A program made the position numbers and the translations under genes. Source: an uncultured Acidobacteriota bacterium (GTDB lineage Bacteria > Acidobacteriota > Vicinamibacteria > Vicinamibacterales > UBA2999). From it: a DNA stretch of 64,000 nucleotides. Below are positions 20,723 to 32,050 of this stretch, one piece after another (within the stretch, counting starts at the first letter, position 1; each line of letters opens with the position of its first letter). Location: contig CAWIWS010000006.1 of the NCBI GenBank assembly GCA_963839865.1, positions 10,641 through 74,640 of the forward strand. Direction: 5' to 3'. Below the pieces are notes generated by a model. It was not told the origin of the DNA, searched no databases, and worked only from the letters and a program-made list of their open reading frames with translations.

Positions 20723-23644
20723 TTAGAAGCGCACCCGGAACCCGAGCTGGAACTTCCGCTGCTCGTAGCCCGAGGGGTTGGTGAACTGGTACGGGTCGCT
20801 CGGAATCGGGTTCACCGGGTTGCCGGCGGTGTCCACCGGCGTGGAGGTCGTGATGCCCGCCATCTGCTCGGTGTTGAACACGTTCTTCAGCTCCGCGATG
20901 ATCTCGCCGCGCACGTTGCCGCGCACCGGGATCCAGCGCGTGTAGCGCATGTCCACGTTCTTGCGGGTCGGCAGGTAGAGCGAGTTGCGCGCGACGCCCA
21001 GCGGGCGGTCGCTCAGCACGCCGTCGCCGTTCAGGTCGCGGTTGGCCGGGATGTTGATGGGCAGGCCGCTGTTGAACTGCAGCAGCAGGCCGATCTCGTT
21101 GCCGTTCAGCAGGCCGTGCACGAAGGCGTTCGACGAGCTGTTCTTCGACGAGTAGACGATGTTGCCCGTGAAGTTGTGGCGCATGTCGAGCGGGTTCGGG
21201 CCGCGGTCGCGATCCAGGTTGCTCGGGTCCGACCGGCCGGATTCGGCCTGCACCGTGAGCTGCGTGAGCAGCGGCGTGTTGTCCAGGCCCTTGCCGAGCG
21301 AGTACTGCACGTTGAACGTCACGCCCTGGGAGAAGCGCTTGTTGGCCTGCACCGTCATGCGACTTGAAGGTCGAGTCGCCGATCGACTGCACTTCGTTGA
21401 TGTGGTTGAACCGCGGATCCACGCGGGTCGCCGCGCTCACCGCCGTGCTGTAGATCGGCCGGCCGTCGGCGAGCGTGCCGATCGGGTTGATCAGGTTGAC
21501 GTCGGTCACCACGGGCAGCTGCGAGCCCTTGGCGTACATCACGTTGACCGACGCCGTGAAGTCGGTGGCGATCGAGCGCTCGACCTGCGCGTTCACCTGC
21601 CAGGTGTGCGCCACCTGGAAGTCGGAGTCGACCGCCCACGGCGACTGCTGGCTGAGCGTGCCCGTGCCCGCGGCGGCCGGGAACGCCGGCGCGCCCGCCG
21701 AGGTCGGGTTGAAGGTGTAGGACGGGCGCCTTCGGCGATCCGCGAAATCTGCAGCGCCTGCTCGTAGCCGCCGAGGATCGCCTGGTCGTACATGATGCCC
21801 GTGCTGGCGCGGAACACCGTCTTGCTGTCCACCGACCAGGCCATGCCCGACGCGGGGCCCGAAGTTGTTGCGGTCGATGTTGAAGCTCTGCGTCTGCGTG
21901 AGCGGCGCGTTGGAGAGGCCCGCCGGGTAGTTGTAGAGGTCGTAGCGCACGCCGTAGAGCAGCTTCACGCGCGGCGCAATCTGCCAGTCGTCCTGGATGA
22001 ACGTGCTGAAGATGTTCGTCGACATGTTGAAGTCCAGGTCGCCCTGGAGCTGCGTCATCGTTCGAGTAGGCGAACGGGTTGAGGCCCGCCTTCGCGTCGA
22101 GATACGCGGCCGTCGTCGGGAACGTGTAGATCCACTGCGGCGCGGCCGACGCGCTGGTCGTAGACGTGCTGGAAGTCGAAGCCGACCTTGTAGCTGTGGT
22201 TGCCGCGGATGTAGGTGAAGTTGTCGATCACCTGCGTCATGTTCTGCTGGAAGTCGAAGCCCGCGTTGCCCTGGCCGGTGGCCGACACCGGGCCGCCGAA
22301 GCCGGCGACGCCGGAGATGAGGATCGCGGGGCCCGTGCCCGAGTCGCTGTTGGCCACCGAGCTCTGGTGACGATGCGCGTACTGCACGCGGAGCTCGTTG
22401 AGCTTGTTGGCGCTGAACGTCGTCACGAGCTGGCCGGCGATCGAGTCCATCGCGTCGAGGAAGTCCGTGGCGCGCTCGAGGGTGTTGATGCCGCCGCCGC
22501 TGTTGTAGGGCGCGTCGTTGTGGAACTGCACCCAGCGGACCGTGGCGCGGTTGGAGCTGTTCACCTGGTAGTCGCCCTTGGCGATCAGGAACTTCGCCGT
22601 CTGCACGTTCGGCGCGGCGGCCGGCTGCGGCTTGAGGCCGAGAATGCGCCACCGTCGCCGGCGGGCACCGTGATGAGCGAGTTGGACGACAGGTCGCGGC
22701 GCGGTCTGTTCCCAGCCGGTGTAGAAGAACAGCTTGTTCTTGAGGATGGGCCCGCCGATGTTCGCCGTGCCGGTGTCCACCTTGGTCTCGGGCTTGGTCG
22801 CGTTGGCCGGAACGTCGGGGCAGTTCGCGGCGACAACGCCGGAGCAGCCGAAGAAGAAGGGGAAGGCGCTGAACTCGCGGCGGCGGAACAGGTAGCTGCC
22901 CTGGCCCTCGGAAGGCGTTGCTGCCCGACGGCGTCACGGCGTTGAACACCATGCCCATCGTCTGGCCGAACTCGGGCGCGAAGCCCGTGGTGACGACCTT
23001 CACTTCCTGGATCATCACTTCAGACATCGGCAGGAGGCGCAGGCCCGCGCGGTCCTTCTCGGTGTTGGTGTTGCCGTCGATCTGGTAGTTGATGCGCATC
23101 GCCGCGCCGTTGGCCGCCAGGCGGGGCACGCCGAACTCGACGTTCTCGATGCCCGTCACGCCGGGCTGCACGAGCGCGAAGTTGTACGGGTTGCGCGCGA
23201 CGAGCGGCAGCGAGTGCACTTCCTGGTCGCTCATCGTGTGGCCGATGTCGATGCGCGCGGCGTCGAGCAGCGGCGAGTCGGCGGTGACGAGGATCGTCTC
23301 GCTGACGGCGCCCACGCCGAGCACGACGTTGACCGTCGCCGTCGATCCGACCGACAGGCGGATGCCGGTCTGCTGGTAGCCCTTGAAGCCCTGGAGCTCC
23401 GCGGTGACCTTGTAGTTGCCGAGCGGCAGCAGGGGCGCGCGATAGAGGCCCCGCTCGTTGGTGACCACCACGCGCTGGTCGCCGGTGTCGAGGTTGGACG
23501 ACGGTCACGGTGACGCCGGGCAGCAGCGCGCCCTGCTCGTCCTTCACCGTGCCTTCGATCGTGCCGTTGGTGGCCGTCGACTGCGCGGCCGCTGAAGAGA
23601 CGAGAGCCAGACTCAAGTATGAACGCCGTGAGTATGCGGAACAT
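20723..23644 (-). CDS. TonB-dependent receptor (Oar-like, carboxypeptidase regulatory-like N-domain; frameshifted)
   Basis: GTVKDEQGALLPGVTV, LPLVARN, YQIDG, FAPEFG, FIQDDW, GVRYD, NNFGPR; C-terminal QLGFRVRF. Confidence 0.9.
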
Positions 23645-23781
23645 AGGGGAGTACACCCTCCAAAGCGCGAACCGCCGCAGGCCCGAAATAGGGCGCGCCG
23701 GACGCGAAGTTCAGTCAGTCAGTATAGATGACGGAAATGAGACGCTCAAAGATTCGGCGAGGTTTCGCCGAATGGATCGGG

Positions 23782-24140
23782 TCAGCTCCGCTTTCGGCGC
23801 TCCCCGTGGCGCCGGTCGCCCTTCCGGCGCTCGGCGATCCCGGGCGGGGGCCCGAGGTTCGCCTTCCGGCGGTCGGCCGCCCGCCGCTCCCTGGCCGCCC
23901 GGCGCTCGGCGGCCGCGGTCAGGGCCGCCTTGCGCGTGGCCTCCGCCATTTCCTTCTGGAGCCGGACCGTCCGGCGGGCCGGATCGAGCACCTCGAGCAG
24001 ACGCGTCGTGCGCCAGCGCGAGCCCCGGGATCGCACGGCGGATTGCCGAATTTCTCGCGAAGGAACGCCGCCGCCTTCAGGATGGCTTCACGCTGCCATC
24101 CCTGGAGCGGGTTGATGCGAAAGATTCCGGAGTCCGCCAC
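23782..24140 (-). CDS. Hypothetical protein with C-terminal ERR/DRR repeats (frameshifted)
   Basis: ORFs 23919-24140 and 23782-24036 join; tail ERRAARERRAADRR..ERRKGDRRHGERR; GGAGG RBS. Confidence 0.6.
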
Positions 24141-24149
24141 GGAGGCCTC

Positions 24150-25383
24150 CTACAGGTTGCGCGAGAACGAAAAGAACTGATCCGCCTTGTCCGCCTGGCC
24201 CTGGACCGACCGCAGCAGGATCCGGCTCGCCAGGAACGCGCGGGCCGGGTCGTGCAGCGTGCCGAAGGCCAGATGCTGGTGCGGAAAGTTGCGATGCGTG
24301 CCCGCATACAGCACGTCGTCGATGCTGTGCGCGAGCGGCGTGTCCCAGCCAAACGCCGGCGCGGCGCCGGAGATGGCGGGATAGAGCCGCGACAATTCGT
24401 ACATCAGCTGGCCCGTGCGCTGGACCAGCGTGGCCTCGCGCAGCCTGGCGGCCGGGCGGCGCTGGTCCGCGCCGGAGAAAACAGCGCGATGATCCGCCGT
24501 CCACCAGAGCTGGTGCGCCGGCGCGTCGGTGTCGCAGAGGATGTCGGCGCGCTTGCCGAGCTGCGGCGCGCACGGCGGCCGGGAGCGGCTCGGTCATCAC
24601 CGTGTAGCGATCCTCGAAGCGGAAATGCCGGCGGAGCGCCTTGAACAACTCGGTGGGCTCGCCCGTGCACAGCACGGCGGCGCGCGGTGACGATCGTGGA
24701 TCCGTTCTCCAGCGCGATCGTGGCGACCTTGCGATCGAACGTGATGCGCGCCACGCGCGAGCGCTCGAAGAACTTCGCGCGGCGCTTGAGGGCCGCGGCG
24801 GCAAAGCCCAGGGCCAGCCGATACGGATCGACGAAGCCCCAGTCCTTGAGGCGAATGCCCCCCGCCGCGGGCACGGCGACCGAGCGCGTGATCGCGGCGG
24901 GCAGTTGCCACGGCGCATGGAGGCCCGCGTCGTCGCGATCGGCCGCGTCGCGGCGCAGGATCTTGTCCGGCTGGCCCGCGGGGATCACGCGCAGCGCGTC
25001 ACCGATGTGCAGGTCCGCCTTGATGCCGAGCCGCTTGACCGTGGCCGCCAGCTCGCGCGGCGCGCGGCTCGATTCCTCGAAGAGGGCGCGCGCGGACGCG
25101 GCGTCCCGCCCGCGACGTCGAGATCGCGGAACGACTCGCACGCTTCGCTCGAGAAGAAGCCGCTCGCGCGGGCGGTGCCGCCCTGGCCGATGCGATGGGC
25201 CTCGAGCAGGATGACCTTCAGGCCCGCGGCGGCGCAGGCCTGCGCCGTCATGCAGCCGGTCATGCCGCCGCCGATGATGACGAGCGGGGCGGTGATGTGG
25301 CCCTTGAACGCCGGAAACTCCGGTCGCTTCTTCACGGGAACGGCGCCAAGCCATGGCGAGACACCGTAGCGGGTCTGAGGCAC
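24150..25383 (-). CDS. FAD-dependent oxidoreductase (DAO/DadA family; frameshifted)
   Basis: VIIGGGMTG, LLEAHRIGQGGT, DPYRLALG, FFERSRV, YELSRLYP. Confidence 0.85.
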
Positions 25384-25399
25384 GAACTGAATTCTATCC

Positions 25400-25428
25400 G
25401 GGAGTCGGGAGTCGGGAGTCGGGAGTCG
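25400..25428. repeat. GGGAGTC heptamer array
   Basis: (gggagtc)4. Confidence 0.85.
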
Positions 25429-25464
25429 ATTCCAGGTCGCAATATTTCACGAAACTGCACGATT

Positions 25465-26602
25465 TTACGCTTTGACCGTCCGCCGTCTTTCCGCCTCAAG
25501 CAGGCGCTTCTTCCGCTCGATACCCCAGCGATACCCGCCCAGTCCGCCGTCGGTCTGGACGACGCGGTGGCAGGGCACCACGAGGCAGACAGGGTTGGTG
25601 GCACACGCCCGCGCCACCGCCCGCGCCGCCGTCGGCTTGCCGATGGCGCGCGCGACCTCCGCGTAGGCGCGCGTCTCGCCGCAGGGGATCTGCTGAAGGG
25701 CACGCCAGACCTTCCACTGAAAGGCCGTGGCCTGCACGTCGATCGGCAGGGCCACCGACGCGTCCTGTCCGCGCAGGTGCTGGACGATGGCCTTGACCCA
25801 TTCGGGCCTGGGCTTCTCCCTGGCGCGGATGTCGGCGGCGGGATACTCGCGGCGCAGATCGCGTTCGAGCGCCGATTCGTTGTCGCCCAACTTCACCGCG
25901 CACACGCCGTTGGCCGTGGCGGCGATCAGCACGTGACCGAGCGGGCTCGCCACCACGGCGTACCCGATGCGCATGCCGGCGCCGCCGCGCCGGTAGTTCG
26001 ACGGCGACATCCCGCGGCCCGTGGGCGGCGCTTCATACACGCGGCTCGGCGAGCCGTACCCGGCCTCGTAGATCGCGGTCGTGACATCGCGCCCGTCGCG
26101 CAGGCTCGACCGCAACCGCCCGGCGCGGACGGCCGCCTGGTATTCGCGCGGCGACAGGCCGACGATCGCCTTGAAGCGCCGCTGGAGGTGGTGCGGACTC
26201 ATCGACGCCACGCGCGCGAGGTGGCCGAGCGTCACGGCCTCGTCCGCGTGCGTCGCGAGGTACGCGGACGCGCGCGTCACGGCCTCGATGCCGGGTTGCG
26301 ACACGCCAACGGTATCCGGACGGCAGCGCTTGCAGGCACGAAAGCCCGCCTGCCGCGCATCGGACGGCGTGTTGAAGAAGCGCACCCGATCGGCCCGCGG
26401 CCGCCGGCTCGGACAGCTCGGGCGGCAATACACGCCGGTGGAAGTGACCCCGTAGACAAACGTCCCGTCCGCCCGCGCATCGCGCGCGGCGAGAGGCTGC
26501 CAACGGGGATCCAGGCTGGTGGGGCTCCCCCCGCCTTCGCAAGGGCTTGCCCTGAGCGACGCCCTTCCGTTTCGGGGCGGAGTCGAAGGGCCACGAGTTC
26601 AT
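25465..26602 (-). CDS. ada: Bifunctional Ada transcriptional regulator / O6-methylguanine-DNA methyltransferase (frameshift near 5' end)
   Basis: FVYGVTSTGVYCRPSC, FRACKRC, AraC-type HTH (SPHHLQRRFK), TAFQWKVW, VPCHRV. Confidence 0.93.
26546..26590. repeat. REP-like element in the ada 5' region
   Basis: cttgccctgagcgacgcccttccgtttcggggcggagtcgaaggg; encodes PFDSAPKRKGVAQGK. Confidence 0.75.
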
Positions 26603-26672
26603 GCTGCATCATGCGGCTAAATTAGGCCAGCCCGCCCCAGGGACGCGATCCGGGGATTGCGGTCAGAGTGAA

Positions 26673-26778
26673 GCTTGTCACGGCTTACGGCTTACGGCTT
26701 GCGGGCGCTTGTCACGGCTTGCGGCTTACGGGCGCTTGTCACGGCTTACGGCTTACGGTTCCCGACTCCCGACTCCCG
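26673..26778. repeat. GGCTTAC heptamer array with ~27-nt higher-order unit, followed by GACTCCC units
   Basis: gcttgtcacggcttacggcttac-like x3, then cccgactcccgactcccg. Confidence 0.85.
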
Positions 26779-26796
26779 AGAAGTATCATCCCGTCA

Positions 26797-29312
26797 ATGC
26801 TCCGAAAGTTCCTGCGCGCCGGCGGCATCGCGCTGGCCGTGGTTGCGCTGGCACTGGTGGCCGCGGTGCTCTATGCGGGCTACCAGCTGCGCGCCAGCTT
26901 GCCGGCCATCGACGGGACCGCGTGCCGTGCCGGGGCTTGGCGGGCCGGTGACGGTGACGCGCGACGCGCTTGGCGTGCCCACCATCACCGGTCGTTCGCG
27001 TGAAGACGTCGCGCGGGCGCTCGGATTCCTCCACGCGCAGGACCGCTTCTTCCAGATGGACCTGCAACGGCGGCAGCCCGCGGGTGAACTCGCGGCGCTC
27101 GTCGGCCCGCGCGCCGTCGAGGCCGATCAACAGGCGCGCCTCCATCGCCTGCGCGACGTGGCGCATCGCGCGCTCGATCTCACGGACCCACCGTACCGGC
27201 GACTGCTCGACGCGTACGCCGATGGCGTCAACGCCGGCCTCGCCGCGCTCGGCGCGCCGCCGTTCGAATACCTCGTGTTGCGCGCGACGCCGGAGCCCTG
27301 GCGCGCCGAAGACACCATCCTCACCGTGCTCGCGATGTTCAACACGCTGCAGGGACGCCAGGCGGGCTTCGAACAAACGCTCGGCGCGCTGCGCGACACG
27401 CTGCCCGACCCGATGTTCCGCTTCCTCACCGCGCCTGGATCCGATTGGGAGACGCCCGTCCTCGGCAGCCCGCTCGTCCGGCCGCCGATTCCGGGTCCAG
27501 ACGTGTATCGACCTGCGGCATCACGTACAAGCCACGGAGACACGAAGACACGGAGAAGATCAATTTCTTGAAGACGCCGGGACCGCTACGCGGCACCAAC
27601 CAATCCAGGAGGATGGCTTTCTCCGTGTCTCCGTGCCTCCGTGGCCTGTGCGTGACGGCGACGAGGCCGCGATCGTCGGCAGCAACAACTGGGCGGTCGA
27701 CGGCGCGCACACGGCGTCCGGGCGGGCGCTGGTGGCGAACGACATGCACCTGGCGCTCGGCGTGCCGGTGCATCTGGTACCGCGCCTCGCTCGCCTTCCC
27801 GGATCCCGTGGAGCCGTCCGACACGCTGCGCGTCACGGGCCTCAGCCTGCCGGGCCTTCCCTCCATGGTCGTCGGCAGCAACGGCCACGTGGCGTGGGGC
27901 TTCACCAACAGCGGCGGCGATTGGAGCGACCTCGTCCGCATCGAACCAGACGCGCACGATCCGTCGAAGTACCTCGACGCCCGACGGCCCGGCGGCCTTC
28001 GAGGTCTTCACCGAATCCATCGGGGTGAAGGGCGAAGCGTCGCGGCCGTTTGCCGTCCGCTGGACCACCTGGGGCCCCATCGTCTGGAAGGACGCGAAAG
28101 GACGTGAGTACGCGCATCGGTGGGTCGCGCACGATCCGGAAGTGATGTCCTCCGACATCAGCAAGCCGGAGCGCGCGCGGACGGTGGACGATCTGCTCGC
28201 GGGCGTGGCCGGCCTCGGCATGCCCAACCAGAACACGACGATGGCGGACGAGAGCGGGCGCATCGCGTGGACGGTGGGCGGCGTGATTCCGAGGCGCGTG
28301 GGGCACGACGGCTCCACGCCGGAATCCTGGGCCGACGGCACGTCGCGCTGGGACGGCTACCTGCCCGCGGACGAATTCCCCCGCATCGTCGATCCGGAGA
28401 ACGGCCGGATCTGGACGGCCAACGCGCCGGTGGTGGACGGGGCGATGTTGACGACGATCGGCGAAGGCGGCTATGCCGATGGCATTCGCGCGCGGCTCAT
28501 CCGCGATCGGCTGATGCAGATCGCGAGGGCGACGCCCGGCGACATGCTCGACCTGCAGTTGGAGAACCGCGCGTTGTTCCTCGAGCGGTGGCGCACCCTC
28601 ATCCTGGACACGCTTGCGCGGACCCAGGGACATTCGGGCCAGGCCGATCTCGAGGGCCGCCGCAAGGACTTCGAGGCGCTCGTCGAGTCGACGTGGACGG
28701 GGTACGCGTCATCGAACTCGACCGCGTATCTGCTCGTGCGCGCGGTCCGCGCCACGCTCGTGCGCGAGGTGATGACGTCGCTCACCGCGCCCGCCGCCGC
28801 GATCGACCCGACGTTTGACTACACGCGGTCCCTCCGCGGCGAAGGGCCCGTGTGGCAGCTGCTCACCGAGCGTCCACTGCACCTGCTCGATCCGAAGTAC
28901 GCCACGTGGGACGACCGGATCCTCGCGGCCGTGGACGCGACGATCGCGGACGTGACCGCCGACGGCCGCACGCTCTCGGCGCACACCTGGGGAGACGCCA
29001 ACCGGGCGCGAGATGCGGCATCCGCTGGCGTCGGCGATTCCTCTTCTGGGCCGGTGGCTCAACATGCCGTCGGACCCGCTACCGGGCGACGTCTTCGTGC
29101 CGCGCGCGCATGCGCCGCGCACGGGGCCCTCGGAGCGGATGGTCGTGTCACCCGGCCGGGAGGCCGAGGGCATCCTGAACATCCCCACCGGGCAGAGCGG
29201 ACATCCGCTCTCGCCGCACTACGGCGATCAATATCGCGCCTGGCTGAACGGCGAGCCCACGCCGTTCCTCCCCGGCCCCGCCGTGTCGACGTTGACGCTC
29301 ACGCCTCGGTGA
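26797..29312 (+). CDS. Penicillin acylase family Ntn-hydrolase (S45; frameshifted)
   Basis: RDALGVPTI, GFLHAQDRFFQMDL, GSNNWAV (N-terminal nucleophile Ser), ANDMHL, AWGFTN, WTANA, PTGQSGHPLSPHY. Confidence 0.92.
27521..27655. repeat. Family A inverted-repeat element inside the acylase gene
   Basis: tcacgtacaagccacggagacacgaagacacggagaag ... ttctccgtgtctccgtgcctccgtggcctgtgcgtga. Confidence 0.88.
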
Positions 29313-29447
29313 TCACGTACAGGCCACGGAGACACGAAGACACGGAGAAGATCAAGGCTTCCAAAAGCCAGTGCCGCTCCGCAGCATGGTCTTTACAAAG
29401 ATTGGTCTTCTCCGTGTCTCCGTGTCTCCGTGGCCCGTACGTTGATC
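29311..29447. repeat. Family A inverted-repeat element between convergent genes
   Basis: gatcacgtacaggccacggagacacgaagacacggagaag ... cttctccgtgtctccgtgtctccgtggcccgtacgttgatc. Confidence 0.88.
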
Positions 29448-30589
29448 AGCACAGCACGTCGCGCGCGGCTAGGGCTTTCGCGGCGGCGTCATCCGGCGTT
29501 TCGCCGAGCGCGGTGATGTGGCCCATCTTGCGGCCCGACGCGCGGCGTCGGCCTTGCCGTAGAGGTGCAGCTTCACGTCGGGGATCGCCATCGCCGCGGC
29601 CCAGTCGGGCTCGCCGTTGATCCACAGGTCCCCGAGCAGGTTCACCATCGCCGCCGGACGCATCTGCGTGGCGTCGCCGAGCGACAGGCCGCACACCGCG
29701 CGCACCTGCTGCTCGAACTGGACTGGTGACGCACGCGTCGATCGTCAGGTGTCCGGAGTTGTGCGGCCGCGGCGCGATCTCGTTGACGAGCAGCGCGCCC
29801 GTCGCTTCGTGACGAAGAACTCCACGCACAGCACGCCGACGTAGCCGAGGTCCTCCAGGACCCGGTGCGTGAAGTGCACCGCCTCTGTCGCGAGGCCGTC
29901 GGGCACGCGCGCCGGGCTCACCGACAAGTCGAGGATGTGGTTGCGATGGTGGTTTTCGATCGCGCCGTAGTGCGCGAACTCGCCGTCGAGGCCGCGCGCC
30001 GCCACCACCGAGATCTCGTGCGAGAAGTCCACGACGCGCTCGATGATCGCTTCCTGGTGCCCGATGAGTCCCCACACGCGCTCGGCTTCCTCGATGGCGT
30101 TGATGCGGTGCTGGCCCTTGCCGTCGTAGCCGAACACCGCCGTCTTGACGATCGCCGGGCAGCCCCACCATGCCGAGGCCCACCGCCAGCTCGTCGAGCG
30201 ACTGCGCCTTGGCAAAGGGCGTGACCGGAAAGCCATGATCGGCGAGGAACGCCTTCTCGCGCGCGCGTTGCTGCGTGATGTGGAGGGCGGATCCGCTCGG
30301 CCGCACCGGCACGTGCTCGGCCGCGGCGTCCGCCGCGTCGGTCGACACGTTCTCGAACTCGAAGGTGATCACGTCCACGCCGCGCGCGAACGTGCGAATC
30401 GCGTCGAGGTCGTCGTACTCGGCGCGCATCTCCAGGTCGGCGACCTGCCCGGCGGGGGTGTCGACGCCCGGGCGACAGCGTGTGCACGCGGTAGCCCATC
30501 CGCTCGCGCCTCGAAGGCCAGCATGCGGCCCAGCTGTCCGCTGCCCAGCACGCCGATGCGTGGCGCCCGGCAGCGACGATGCGGTTCAC
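29446..30589 (-). CDS. purK: N5-carboxyaminoimidazole ribonucleotide synthase (frameshifted)
   Basis: [49 protein letters not shown]. Confidence 0.93.
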
Positions 30590-31073
30590 GGCAGCGTGTC
30601 CTCGCGGACCTTCGCCGTCTGCTCCGCCGCGGAACTGTCGGAGCCGCTCGCGCAGTTGCGGACGCGACGTGGCGAGAATCTCGACGGCCAGGATGCCGGC
30701 GTTGGTCGCGCCGGGCTTGCCGATCGCCAGCGTGCCCACCGGCACGCCGCCGGGCATCTGGACGATGGAGAGCAGCGAGTCGAGGCCCTGGAGCGCGGCG
30801 CTCTGCACCGGCACGCCCGAGGACGGGAAGCACGGTGTGCGCCGCGACCATGCCTGGCAGGTGCGCGGCGCCGCCCGCGCCCGCGATGATCACCTGGATG
30901 CCGCGCGCCTCTGCGCCCTGCGCGAACTCCGCCATCCACAGCGGCGTGCGGTGCGCCGAGACGACCTGCTTCTCATAGGGCACGCCGAACCGCTCGAGCA
31001 TCTCGACGGCGTGGGACATCGTCTCCCAGTCGGACGTCGAGCCCATGATCACGGCTACAAGAGGATCGGACAT
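30586..31073 (-). CDS. purE: N5-CAIR mutase (frameshifted)
   Basis: [44 protein letters not shown]. Confidence 0.95.
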
Positions 31074-31079
31074 AGGCAG

Positions 31080-31094
31080 ATCGTCAAATTCTAT
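31080..31094. promoter_or_regulatory. Putative LysR-type T-N11-A box between purE and the nhaR-like gene
   Basis: ATCG-TCAAATT-CTAT imperfect dyad in a 33-bp divergent gap. Confidence 0.4.
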
Positions 31095-31106
31095 ATCCTT
31101 ATCTCC

Positions 31107-32030
31107 ATGGAGTGGCTGAACTACCACCACCTGCTGTATTTCTGGACGGTCGCGCGCGTGGGCACGATTGCCCGCGCGAGCGAGGAGCTGCGGCTGGCCC
31201 AGCCCACCATCAGCGGGCAGATCCGCGCGCTCGAAGTGCAACTCGGCGAAAAGCTGTTCCAGCGATCCGGACGAAACCTCGTGCTCACCGAGATGGGCCG
31301 GGTCGTCTATCGATACGCGGACGACATCTTCGCCCTCGGCCGCGAGTTGATGGACACGCTCAAGGACCGCCCCACGGGGCGGCCGATGCGGTTCCAGGTG
31401 GGCGTGGCGGATGAAGTGAGCAAGATGATCGCGTACCGCCTGCTCGAGCCCGCGCTCCGGTTGCCCGACCCCGTCCGCATCGTCTGTCGCGACGGCGCGC
31501 CCGAGCGACTGATCGCGGATTTGGCGACGCACGCGCTCGACCTCGTCATCGCCGATGCCCCGATCGCGTCGACGGTGAAGGTAAAGGCCTTCAGCCATCC
31601 CCTCGGCGAGACGCCGGTCAGCGTGTTCGGCACCACGAAGCTCGCGGCGGCGTATCGCAAGGGATTTCCGCGCTCGCTCGATGGCGCCCCGTTCCTCCTG
31701 CCCACCGACGGCAAGACGCTGCGCCGCGCGCTCGATCAGTGGTTCGACCAGCAGGGCCTCCGTCCGCGCATCGTCGCCGAGATCGACGACAGCGCCTTGT
31801 GGAAGACCTTCGGGGAGGCCGGCGCGGGGCTCTTCGTGGCGCCCACGGCGATCGAAAAGGAAGTGGCGCGGCAATACGGTGTGACGGTGGTGGGACGAAT
31901 CGACGCGATCCGCGAGCGGTATTTCGCGATTTCGGTGGAGCGCCGGCTCAAGCATCCGGCCGTGGTGGCCATCTCGGCCGCCGCCAACGAGACGCTGGCC
32001 GCCATGCGGAAGAAGCGATCGGCAACGTGA
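31107..32030 (+). CDS. nhaR: LysR family transcriptional activator, NhaR-like
   Basis: [48 protein letters not shown]. Confidence 0.85.
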   Translation: MEWLNYHHLLYFWTVARVGTIARASEELRLAQPTISGQIRALEVQLGEKLFQRSGRNLVLTEMGRVVYRYADDIFALGRELMDTLKDRPTGRPMRFQVGVADEVSKMIAYRLLEPALRLPDPVRIVCRDGAPERLIADLATHALDLVIADAPIASTVKVKAFSHPLGETPVSVFGTTKLAAAYRKGFPRSLDGAPFLLPTDGKTLRRALDQWFDQQGLRPRIVAEIDDSALWKTFGEAGAGLFVAPTAIEKEVARQYGVTVVGRIDAIRERYFAISVERRLKHPAVVAISAAANETLAAMRKKRSAT

Positions 32031-32050
32031 AGATCGGGCAGAATGGCCCT

